From the IMG/VR virus record IMGVR_UViG_3300025909_000005: DNA of 64,000 nucleotides; one strand, written 5' to 3'. The translations under genes and the position numbers were made by a program. The stretch comes from a virus (lineage: Duplodnaviria > Caudoviricetes). Position 1 is the stretch's first letter; each line of letters opens with the position of its first letter. Below are positions 36,504 through 44,318 of the stretch, one piece after another. The notes below the pieces were generated by a model. That model was not told the DNA's origin. It saw only the letters and a list, made by a program, of their open reading frames with translations, and made no database searches.

Positions 36504-37004
36504 ATGGCGTTTGATCTGTTTGAAAGTCTTGCGAAGCTGTCGAACGGTGACCTGCAGTGGTACGACAACCTCTCAGAGGAAGACAAGAAAACGGCCTCAC
36601 CTCTCGTGCTCGCACGTTGGATGACAGGCACGAGCGACCTTGCCCAACTCGTCCGGATAAATACGTTCGTCAATCCCTACGGGTTCTCTCTCGGTCAAGA
36701 GAAGAGTCTCCTCTTCAAGCTGCTCGCTGCGGCAGCTACGGGGAAAACCCGGCGATACAGTTGGCTCAAGGCACCAGGCACGAAGGTGCAGGTGAAGCAA
36801 CGGGTCGAGGTCATCAAGCAGTACTACGGCGTCTCAACACGCGAAGCCACTCTTTACGCGCAGACAATCTCAGGTGAGGACCTCCTCGAGATGGCTGAAG
36901 AATGTGGTCTGGACAAGGACGAGCTCGCAAAGCTCAAGAAGGAAGTAGCTGATGGATCGGGAAGCACTGAAGGGACTGGCAAAGGGAAGGCGAAACTCAA
37001 GTGA
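36504..37004 (+). CDS. clamp loader small subunit, T4 gp62-like
   Basis: SPLVLARWMT...INTFVN...LLFKLL...KTRRYSWLK pattern. Confidence 0.6.
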   Translation: MAFDLFESLAKLSNGDLQWYDNLSEEDKKTASPLVLARWMTGTSDLAQLVRINTFVNPYGFSLGQEKSLLFKLLAAAATGKTRRYSWLKAPGTKVQVKQRVEVIKQYYGVSTREATLYAQTISGEDLLEMAEECGLDKDELAKLKKEVADGSGSTEGTGKGKAKLK

Positions 37005-37704
37005 GCCTGCTGTCACCCCACGTAAGGTGACCTGGACCTGTGAGTACTGCCAGCACCCGTTCGTAAGCGAGCGGGTCTTCATGAACCACCGCTGCAAGGA
37101 GAAGGGGCGCCTTGAGGAGCTGCGTGGTTTGGTTGGTCAGTCGGCCTACGCGTACTACAGCGAGTGGATGAAGCAGTCGAAGCGCAGCGTCCCACCCCTG
37201 GAAACGTTCGCACACTCGAGCTTCTACTCGACGTTCATCAAGTTTGCGAACCATGTTCGGCGCGTGAACATGCCGAATCCGATGGGCTTCATCAAGATCA
37301 TGGTCAGCAGCAACATTCAGCCATCGCTGTGGTGCCGTGACAACGTCTACGCACTCTACCTCCAAAGCTACGACACGGCTGTTCCTCCCACCACGCAGTT
37401 CATTGACTCGCTCGATTTCGCGCTGTGGATGGCGGGAGAGCACGAGGTACAGCCAGCCGAGGTGTTCTCGGCCATGGGCCTTGAGAAGGTGCTCTTGAGC
37501 GTGCAGAAGCGAAAGCTCTCGCCGTGGTTCCTTGTTGCCTCGAAGAAGTTCCGTGAGTGGATGGCGGCCCAGAACGAGTGGGACAAGTCTCGTCTCGAGG
37601 GTGCAGTCCAGGTTGGTGCCATGATCATGCGCATACAGCAGACTGAGAAGCACATCAAGCTCTTCAAGGAGTTCTCGAAGGCGACTGAGGAAGCAGGCCT
37701 GTGA
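36952..37704 (+). CDS. hypothetical protein with a C2H2-like zinc finger
   Basis: WTCEYCQHPFVSERVFMNHRC. Confidence 0.7.
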   Translation: MDREALKGLAKGRRNSSEPAVTPRKVTWTCEYCQHPFVSERVFMNHRCKEKGRLEELRGLVGQSAYAYYSEWMKQSKRSVPPLETFAHSSFYSTFIKFANHVRRVNMPNPMGFIKIMVSSNIQPSLWCRDNVYALYLQSYDTAVPPTTQFIDSLDFALWMAGEHEVQPAEVFSAMGLEKVLLSVQKRKLSPWFLVASKKFREWMAAQNEWDKSRLEGAVQVGAMIMRIQQTEKHIKLFKEFSKATEEAGL

Positions 37705-37916
37705 CGCGCAAGCTCTTCGATTCGATGGATGAGGACTCCGCCCGCTTCTACCAGCGAATCTTCAACACGGCCCTCCTGAACATGCACGCAGTTCGGCGCG
37801 GCTGGTTCGACACGTTCATCTGCGAGACCGAGGACCCTACGATCTTGATTCGTTGGCGTGAGGCGGTGCCCCAAGTTATAATGCTGCTTAGCGCGGCACG
37901 AGACCGCAATGAGTAA
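37701..37916 (+). CDS. hypothetical protein
   Basis: GTGA-coupled. Confidence 0.55.
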   Translation: MTRKLFDSMDEDSARFYQRIFNTALLNMHAVRRGWFDTFICETEDPTILIRWREAVPQVIMLLSAARDRNE

Positions 37917-37919
37917 AGC

Positions 37920-38492
37920 ATGGACGTAGACATCGACATTGACCCAAACTTCAAGCCGCTTGAGCTGTTCAAGGACTGGCGACGGGCGTCGCTTGTCAAG
38001 GACGGAAAGCTGTCAGCCCACAACGTCGGCGTCTACCCTCAGAAGATCGCGAAGGACCCGATCACGGGCTTCGCGGCAATCCCGTACGAGGAAGCTGAGG
38101 ATCTCGGCTACCTGAAGGTTGACTTCCTTCCGCTTCACGTCTACAAGAACTTCAAGACGCGCGCTGAGATCGACGCGCTCCTCCAGAAGGAGCCAGACTG
38201 GACCCTCCTGCAGGTGCCATCTGTTCAGCCGAAGATCTTCCAGCTTGCCAAGCACGGCGACCTTCTCAGTGACCTGAAGGTAAAGGACGTTCAGGAACTC
38301 GCTGACGTGATGGCTCTCATCCGCCCAGGCAAGAAGGCCCTCGTCGGGCTCTACAAGAAGGAGCGGAAGGCAGCTCGTGCCATGCTCTACGCGAAGGACG
38401 AGACCGGCTACTCCTTCAAGAAGTCACACGCGCTGGCCTACGCCTACGTCGTCTGGCTACAGCTCCACTTGATTGAGCAAGGGCACCTTTGA
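37920..38492 (+). CDS. dnaE: DNA polymerase III alpha-like, catalytic piece of a split core
   Basis: MDVDIDID, HNVGVY, LGYLKVDFL, IFQL, LADVMALIRPG, FKKSHALAYA. Confidence 0.8.
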   Translation: MDVDIDIDPNFKPLELFKDWRRASLVKDGKLSAHNVGVYPQKIAKDPITGFAAIPYEEAEDLGYLKVDFLPLHVYKNFKTRAEIDALLQKEPDWTLLQVPSVQPKIFQLAKHGDLLSDLKVKDVQELADVMALIRPGKKALVGLYKKERKAARAMLYAKDETGYSFKKSHALAYAYVVWLQLHLIEQGHL

Positions 38493-38494
38493 CT

Positions 38495-38537
38495 GTGTAC
38501 TTCTTGTTTGACTTGAGCTACAATAAATACAAGTCAA
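38495..38537 (+). promoter_or_regulatory. dual early/late promoter with a hairpin abutting the RBS
   Basis: GTGTAC-N18-TACAAT, TAAATA 38524-38529, TTGACTTG 38508-38515 / CAAGTCAA 38530-38537. Confidence 0.65.
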
Positions 38538-38547
38538 GGAGCACACC

Positions 38548-38724
38548 ATGAAGCTGCACGAACTCACCAACGATCACCACGCCGAGAACAACAAGCCCGA
38601 AGCCGATGAAACGGACGAGGCCGCTTGGGATGCTTGGGACAAGCAGATCGAAGCTGACCTGAAGTCGGGCAAGCTGCAGCCGGTCATCGAGGAAGCTCTC
38701 AACCAGGAAGGCGAACCTCTTTGA
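38548..38724 (+). CDS. putative antitoxin (58 aa, acidic)
   Basis: AAGGAG RBS; WDKQIEADLKSGKL motif; stop overlaps the toxin start. Confidence 0.65.
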   Translation: MKLHELTNDHHAENNKPEADETDEAAWDAWDKQIEADLKSGKLQPVIEEALNQEGEPL

Positions 38725-39041
38725 TCAAGCACCGTCGCTCAATCGAATTCAAGAAGATGTTTGCGGCTCTGCCGCCGAATATCCAGAAGGAAGCCACTGC
38801 GCACTTTAAGCTGCTGCAGGAAGACCCGTCCAATCCGATCCTCCACTTCAAGGAGTTCCGATCGTCGGGCGGTGGCATCCACAATGACGGCACCTTCTCC
38901 GTGCGCGTCACATCCAACTACCGTGCTCTCGGCACGAAGGTGAACAGCAACCCACAGACCATCGTTTGGTTCTTCATTGGCGACCACAGCGCCTACATGA
39001 AGGTGGCGTCTGCGAAAAAGACCTACTCTCCGAAAAAGTAG
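38721..39041 (+). CDS. ParE/RelE-like toxin
   Basis: FKKMFAALP, LQEDPSNPILHFK, SVRVTSNYRALG, IVWFFIGDHSAY. Confidence 0.75.
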   Translation: MIKHRRSIEFKKMFAALPPNIQKEATAHFKLLQEDPSNPILHFKEFRSSGGGIHNDGTFSVRVTSNYRALGTKVNSNPQTIVWFFIGDHSAYMKVASAKKTYSPKK

Positions 39042-39076
39042 GACACGCGTCCGCTCCCGTGTTGTATAATGGGAGC

Positions 39077-39568
39077 ATGACTCAAATCATCTACATCGTG
39101 CGCGGCAGCTGCGGCTCCTACGAGGACTATTCCGAGTGGGACGTGAAGGGCTTCTTCGACCCGGAGAAGGCCAAGCACCGCATGTGGCAAGAGCAGGAGA
39201 ACCTCAAGGAACTCGTGCGACTGACCGAGCTTGGCCGCAACATTTACCAGGAATGGTGCAAGACGCACCCGCGTCCGGTCTGCGCCGACCTGGTAAAGAT
39301 TCCGAACATCCCGCAGGGTGTCAAGAAGAAGGACTGGCCGAAGGACTTCGTGGAACGCCAGAACGCGGCGCGAGAAGAGAACCGAAAGATCGGTGAAGCC
39401 TACACGAAGGAAATGGGAGAGTGGTGGGAAGCTGGCAAGGTCGACGTTCTCGCTGAACTGCGAAAGCACTGCGAGGACGAGGAACTCCTCGCTCGCCTGA
39501 ATCTGCCGCACTGCGGCTATGCCGATCCGGAGACCACCTACGAGATCGTTGAACTGGAAGTAGAATGA
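39077..39568 (+). CDS. hypothetical protein
   Basis: ATG after TATAAT 39065-39070 and GGGAG. Confidence 0.75.
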   Translation: MTQIIYIVRGSCGSYEDYSEWDVKGFFDPEKAKHRMWQEQENLKELVRLTELGRNIYQEWCKTHPRPVCADLVKIPNIPQGVKKKDWPKDFVERQNAAREENRKIGEAYTKEMGEWWEAGKVDVLAELRKHCEDEELLARLNLPHCGYADPETTYEIVELEVE

Positions 39569-40755
39569 AAGAATTCCTGAAGATCACCTACGGCTCGAAG
39601 CTGTACGGAACGAACACGCCCACGTCGGACACCGACGAGAAGGTGGTGTACATTCCTGAGCTCAACGAGTTGCTCCTGTGCAGGACGCCAGGCATCTTCA
39701 AGAGGCGCTTCGATGCTGAAGGGCGACAGCTGAACGACAACGAAAAGATGGCCGACAACGGCGTCGAGACCGAGTACATCCCGCTGCAGCGCTTCGTTCG
39801 CGACTTCGTCGCTGGTCAGACTTACGCGCTGGAGATCGCGCACGGCTACATGTCGAACGTCGACAAGATGACGGTCACCGATGCTGAAAATATGACCCAA
39901 GCGGAGTATGACGAGTTCATCTCCAAAGTGGAGTTCGTCGACGACCTCATCACACTCTTCTCGAACTCCGAGGTCTACTCGATGGTTGGCTTCGCGGCCA
40001 AGCAGACGTTCGACTACGTGAAACGCGGTGAACGACTCAACGAGGCGCGCAAGGTGATGGCTGTTCTGTCAGCAATCCGGCTGGACGTGAGCTTGGAGCT
40101 CGCTGCTCCTACGTCTGTTCAGGTTCCTCCTGAAGGTTCGTGGCAGCTTGAAAGTTCGAAGTTCAAGGTGAGCGACATCGAGACATCGAACCCGAATCCT
40201 GCTCAAGGTCCGAACAAGCGACTTGAGATTCGTCTCGACACGCCGTACCTTGGTGCAGCTGTGCTGGACGCAATCGCGCTGCAGACCGGTCTACCAATTG
40301 GTGAAGCTGTTTCGAACGGCAACCGAAAGCTGCGGACGCTCGAGCTGAACGGTCGGCAGTACCTCGAGACGACCACGATCGATCATGTCACGAGCCAAGT
40401 GGCGAAGTTGATCCAGCAGTATGGTGATCGGTCGACGGATGCGGCAGAAAAGGACGTCGACTACAAGTCGCTGTCTCACGCTGTACGCGTCTACGAACAG
40501 GCAATCGAACTGCTCGATACCCGTCGGATCAAGTTCCCCCGGCCGAACGCTGACTTCCTGCTCGATATCAAGCAGGGTTCGATCAGCCTTGAGACCGTGA
40601 AGGAGCTGCTGTCATCTCTCGACGCAGAGGTGAAGGAAGCCATCGCGACTTCAAAGCTGCCTGCGCGAACGCCCGCTCTAGAGGCTGAAGCTGACAAGTG
40701 GATGCTGGAACAGCTCCAGAAGATCTACAAGACGCACCGTCTCAGCGCGGAGTGA
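39565..40755 (+). CDS. Pol-beta superfamily nucleotidyltransferase
   Basis: YGSKLYGTNTPTSDTDEK; C-terminal DYKSLSHAVR...KFPRPNADFLLDIKQG. Confidence 0.8.
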   Translation: MKEFLKITYGSKLYGTNTPTSDTDEKVVYIPELNELLLCRTPGIFKRRFDAEGRQLNDNEKMADNGVETEYIPLQRFVRDFVAGQTYALEIAHGYMSNVDKMTVTDAENMTQAEYDEFISKVEFVDDLITLFSNSEVYSMVGFAAKQTFDYVKRGERLNEARKVMAVLSAIRLDVSLELAAPTSVQVPPEGSWQLESSKFKVSDIETSNPNPAQGPNKRLEIRLDTPYLGAAVLDAIALQTGLPIGEAVSNGNRKLRTLELNGRQYLETTTIDHVTSQVAKLIQQYGDRSTDAAEKDVDYKSLSHAVRVYEQAIELLDTRRIKFPRPNADFLLDIKQGSISLETVKELLSSLDAEVKEAIATSKLPARTPALEAEADKWMLEQLQKIYKTHRLSAE

Positions 40756-41212
40756 AGTGCTCGTCTTCGTGGGGCTGAATCGGTTGAACTGACCGTTTCA
40801 GCTTGATCTCGACGCCAGCTGGAATCTTGTTCACACGGCGGCGTCGCACCTTTGGTGGTGTGTCGAGCTCGTACTTGAAGTTGTTGCCGATCAGTCGTGT
40901 GACGTGAGCTAGCTCGAAGTTCTTGTAGATGCGGTTCGTGTGGTGTGCCATGCCCAGGCGCGAGAACTCGAACGAGAGTGGGTACTTGTAGGAGGCTCGA
41001 TAGAACCAGGTGGTGATGACTGAGATCAGCTGTGCGAGGTTCAATCCCTCCTGCTGGGCAAAGTCGAGGACGTAGGCCGAGATTGCTTCCTCTGTGATGT
41101 TGTCGACGATCACGAGGTAGTTCTCGCGTCGATACTCCAACACCGCAAGGAAGAAGTAGTTGCCTTGATCTGACGCAAATTCAACGTGCAGATCTGGAAT
41201 GCGCTTCTTCAT
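40742..41212 (-). CDS. hypothetical late protein
   Basis: AAGGA RBS; TAAATA on the - strand at 41237-41242. Confidence 0.8.
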   Translation of the reverse strand: MKKRIPDLHVEFASDQGNYFFLAVLEYRRENYLVIVDNITEEAISAYVLDFAQQEGLNLAQLISVITTWFYRASYKYPLSFEFSRLGMAHHTNRIYKNFELAHVTRLIGNNFKYELDTPPKVRRRRVNKIPAGVEIKLKRSVQPIQPHEDEHFTPR

Positions 41213-41255
41213 GGGTTCCTTTAGATTCAGATTGGGTATTTACTGGCTGGAAACT

Positions 41256-41298
41256 GTTACACTTTAGATGTGTACAAGAACCACAGGTTGCTTATAAT
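41256..41298 (+). promoter_or_regulatory. composite early promoter
   Basis: GTTACACTT, GTGTAC-N17-TATAAT, CAGGTT in the spacer. Confidence 0.75.
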
Positions 41299-41361
41299 GA
41301 ATCATCGGTTAAACAAACAGACGTTCAAACCGAATCAACCCAAACTTTGAAGGAATCTGAA

Positions 41362-41682
41362 ATGACCACCACGCAAACCACCCAAGTCGAAGCCACCAGC
41401 ACCGTCGCGACGGTCAAGCCCCTGGCCAAGTACCTCGCCGAGCGTCAAGCCCGCCGCCGCTGCAGCTTCGGCCCGGTCTGGATCCAGTCGGTCCTCGCCG
41501 GCACGGTCACCGACCAGGTCAAGCTCGTCGAACACGCCGTCGAACTGAAGATCGGCGCCCGCAGCGACATGAAGCGCCTGAAGCCGGCCACGCTGCTCGC
41601 CAAGGTGCAGAACGCCCTGGTCCCCGGCTTCGCCACCCTGCACAGCGAACCGGCCCCGACGGCCGAAACCACCGTCGCGTAA
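41362..41682 (+). CDS. hypothetical early protein
   Basis: GAAGGA RBS; extreme codon bias; followed by a terminator. Confidence 0.75.
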   Translation: MTTTQTTQVEATSTVATVKPLAKYLAERQARRRCSFGPVWIQSVLAGTVTDQVKLVEHAVELKIGARSDMKRLKPATLLAKVQNALVPGFATLHSEPAPTAETTVA

Positions 41683-41702
41683 GCGAACCCTTCGCTTCCT
41701 TC

Positions 41703-41723
41703 AAAGCCGCCTTGTGCGGCTTT
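41703..41723 (+). terminator. probable terminator
   Basis: AAAGCCGC-CTTGT-GCGGCTTT, same loop as the hairpin at 3778. Confidence 0.65.
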
Positions 41724-41740
41724 GCCCGTTAGGAGAACCC

Positions 41741-41890
41741 ATGAACTACTTCACCTTCTCGGCCGTCGCCATCGTTGCGATGTTTGCCCTCTTCGGCTTC
41801 CAATCCTACCAGGAAAACCAGCTGAAGATCGCCCAGATCAACGCGCAGGCCAAGTGCCCGAGCACCGCGGCTTCGGGAGTGGCGCGATGA
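41741..41890 (+). CDS. small membrane protein (49 aa)
   Basis: AGGAG RBS; N-terminal TM. Confidence 0.6.
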   Translation: MNYFTFSAVAIVAMFALFGFQSYQENQLKIAQINAQAKCPSTAASGVAR

Positions 41891-42174
41891 TATCACGCTC
41901 CAACACGATCGTCGGCAGCATCGCCATCGTTCTCGCCCTGCTGGTGGGCCTCGCTGTCGCCTACAAGGCCATGTACGGCCCGATCGCGTCGCACAAGTAC
42001 ACCTCGAACGTGAAGGACATTGCGTACTCGAAGGTCTGCATCGACGGTCACCAGTACCTGCACATCACCGACGAGGGTACTGCAGGCAACGACGGCAAAC
42101 CGCCGATTCCGCGCGCAAGCGCGTACGTGGTCAACGTCAACGACGACGGCACACCCGTCAAGTGTGGCCTCTGA
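41887..42174 (+). CDS. membrane-anchored hypothetical protein
   Basis: N-terminal TM; CIDGHQY...C. Confidence 0.65.
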   Translation: MISRSNTIVGSIAIVLALLVGLAVAYKAMYGPIASHKYTSNVKDIAYSKVCIDGHQYLHITDEGTAGNDGKPPIPRASAYVVNVNDDGTPVKCGL

Positions 42175-42347
42175 TGTACTCGGTCTACCTCGACCAGATT
42201 CCAGGAAGCTCGGGCTTTGGTGGCTGGAGCATCATCGATCCAGCTGGTAAGGTCGTGGACGAAGGCTACACGGAAGAGGGTGCCAAGCAGTTGGTCGAAC
42301 GTCTCAACGCACGTGAACATGGAGGACAAGATGCCAGTGTCGAATGA
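42174..42347 (+). CDS. hypothetical protein
   Basis: coupled 57-aa ORF. Confidence 0.55.
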   Translation: MYSVYLDQIPGSSGFGGWSIIDPAGKVVDEGYTEEGAKQLVERLNAREHGGQDASVE

Positions 42348-43080
42348 AGATGCCGAGTTCCTGAAGGTCGATGAGCTTACGTTCGGTACGCTCGTGCAGA
42401 AGGGCGGCTGGTGGATCGGTGTTCACTACTCGCCCAACGAGAAGCGCTACTGCCTCAACCTCCTGCCGTGCCTCACGATCTACTGGGTCATGCCGGGCGG
42501 CTACCTCCCGATCCGCGAGCTCGAGAAGCAGAAGGCGAAGCGCCGTTCGGCCACGATCGAGCCGGACGTTCCATGGTCACATGACCATTCGGAACACGTC
42601 CCGCAGTTCCATGAGGTGCAGTCCGCGCTGCGTGAGTACGAGCTGCTCGCTGGTTCGCCCGCGGCCCTGCAGCTGCTGTCGTACTTCGGCTCGACGCGCA
42701 TTCACGCGATGCATCCCGAAAAGTACCAAGGCCTGATCGATCGCTGTGCTCAAGAGGTGAGTCGAATCCGGATGAAGGGCTGGCACCGCGTTCCAGTGGA
42801 AAATGTGTGGACTGAGGACATCTGCCGCAGCGCGCCAGAAGAGGTTTCGTGGACTCCAAAACCTGGGGTCGCGGTGAAGTACCTTGGCAACCATGCCATG
42901 GACTACGCATGGTCAAATGGCGGTGGTACCAGCTTTAGCGAGTTGGTGCAAATTGGAGGCGCTGACTTCCTGATCGCAGGTCAGGTGCTTGAGGCAGGCA
43001 AGACCTACGAGCGGAAAGATGGAATGAAGTGGACAGAGACCGACGTCGGTGAAATAGGAAGGCGCCTCGGTTTGGGTTGA
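42331..43080 (+). CDS. hypothetical protein
   Basis: GGAGG RBS before ATG 42331. Confidence 0.7.
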   Translation: MPVSNEDAEFLKVDELTFGTLVQKGGWWIGVHYSPNEKRYCLNLLPCLTIYWVMPGGYLPIRELEKQKAKRRSATIEPDVPWSHDHSEHVPQFHEVQSALREYELLAGSPAALQLLSYFGSTRIHAMHPEKYQGLIDRCAQEVSRIRMKGWHRVPVENVWTEDICRSAPEEVSWTPKPGVAVKYLGNHAMDYAWSNGGGTSFSELVQIGGADFLIAGQVLEAGKTYERKDGMKWTETDVGEIGRRLGLG

Positions 43081-43119
43081 GACCGGTGTACGAGCGACGC
43101 GTCGCTCCCACATCTCGCT

Positions 43120-43162
43120 GTTACACTTCTCCTGTGTACATCTAGGGCAGAGTCGCTATAAT
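43120..43162 (+). promoter_or_regulatory. composite early promoter
   Basis: GTTACACTT, GTGTAC-N17-TATAAT. Confidence 0.75.
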
Positions 43163-43201
43163 GAATCTATCGACTAACCAACCTGCTCAAGGAAACTGAT
43201 C

Positions 43202-43597
43202 ATGCTGACCAAGACCCAAATCGCCGCCCTCCGTGTCAAGCTCGACAAGGCCCTCGCCGATTTCGCAGCTGAAAACGGCCTCACCTCCGGCGTCGGTTCC
43301 ATCAAGTACTCGGACACCTCGTTCGAAGCGAAGGTCACCTTCACCGAGAAGGACGCGAACCCGAACGCCGTCAACCCCGAATTCATCGTTCACCTCAAGC
43401 GCCGCGGCTTCTTCCTCGGCCTGACCGAGGCGATGATCGGCACGACCGTGGTCCTCAACGGCCGGCGCGGCCTGATCAAGTACACCTTCCAAGGCATGAA
43501 GAATTCCAAGATCGTCATGAAGGACGGCAACGCGCAGAACTTCCTGTTCAGCGACGAAATCGCCCCGAAGATCGTCGCCGCCTACAAGGCCGCCTGA
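43202..43597 (+). CDS. hypothetical early protein
   Basis: AAGGA RBS; extreme codon bias. Confidence 0.8.
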   Translation: MLTKTQIAALRVKLDKALADFAAENGLTSGVGSIKYSDTSFEAKVTFTEKDANPNAVNPEFIVHLKRRGFFLGLTEAMIGTTVVLNGRRGLIKYTFQGMKNSKIVMKDGNAQNFLFSDEIAPKIVAAYKAA

Positions 43598-43599
43598 TC

Positions 43600-43980
43600 A
43601 TGAACTGGCCGCTCATCGGAGCCGGCCTTTCTCTCACAGTTGGCGCCATCGGTATTGGCGCCATCTTGTGGGATGCGAGGCGAACTCGTAGGACAGCTCG
43701 GGACCTGCGAGTAGCGAGCATCAAGCGCATCCAAGCGGACGTTGACGAGTATGTCAAGTCAATTGCTCTGTTGGACGCTCAGCTCGAGAAGTTTCAGAGG
43801 GTCGTAGACGCCTGCGTTGGTGAACGCCCCATGAAGAAGATCAAGCTTCTCGCTGACCTCGAAGGGATCACGATCGCGATCGACAAGTGTCGCGAGGCCT
43901 ACGAGAGACGAATGTTCGACCTCATCCTTGCAAAGGAAATGCTCGACTTGATCGACAACCCGCCCACCGAGGTCCGATGA
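43600..43980 (+). CDS. membrane-anchored coiled-coil protein
   Basis: N-terminal TM. Confidence 0.6.
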   Translation: MNWPLIGAGLSLTVGAIGIGAILWDARRTRRTARDLRVASIKRIQADVDEYVKSIALLDAQLEKFQRVVDACVGERPMKKIKLLADLEGITIAIDKCREAYERRMFDLILAKEMLDLIDNPPTEVR

Positions 43981-44279
43981 ACGTCATCGAGGTTGGTGCC
44001 ATATGGATTGGGGCGATGGCGATCCTCGGCCCGCTGAGCGACTTGCAGATGCGGCGCAGCAGCAAGCGCTACATCAAGCGAGATTTACGCATCTGGCACC
44101 AAGCTAGGCTTGAAGATGCGAATGCCCGTGGGAAGATCATCTATGCCCTTCAGGAACGAGCTAAAGGCGAGACGAAAATGAAGCGCTTGAAGATCGAACA
44201 CGATTTGCAGGTTCTCTCCCTGAAGCAATCGATCACGATGAGTCAGATCAAATCGCTTAAAAGTGATTTACGCAAGTAG
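43977..44279 (+). CDS. hypothetical protein
   Basis: ATGA-coupled. Confidence 0.55.
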   Translation: MNVIEVGAIWIGAMAILGPLSDLQMRRSSKRYIKRDLRIWHQARLEDANARGKIIYALQERAKGETKMKRLKIEHDLQVLSLKQSITMSQIKSLKSDLRK

Positions 44280-44318
44280 CGCATCGGTGTATAATGGAAC
44301 CATCAACACGGAGTCCCA

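Noticed and set aside
31750-38492. Split-intein trans-splicing of the DnaE pieces
   Set aside because: No intein N-terminal Cys/Ser block follows the first piece and no His-Asn-(Cys/Ser/Thr) junction precedes the second
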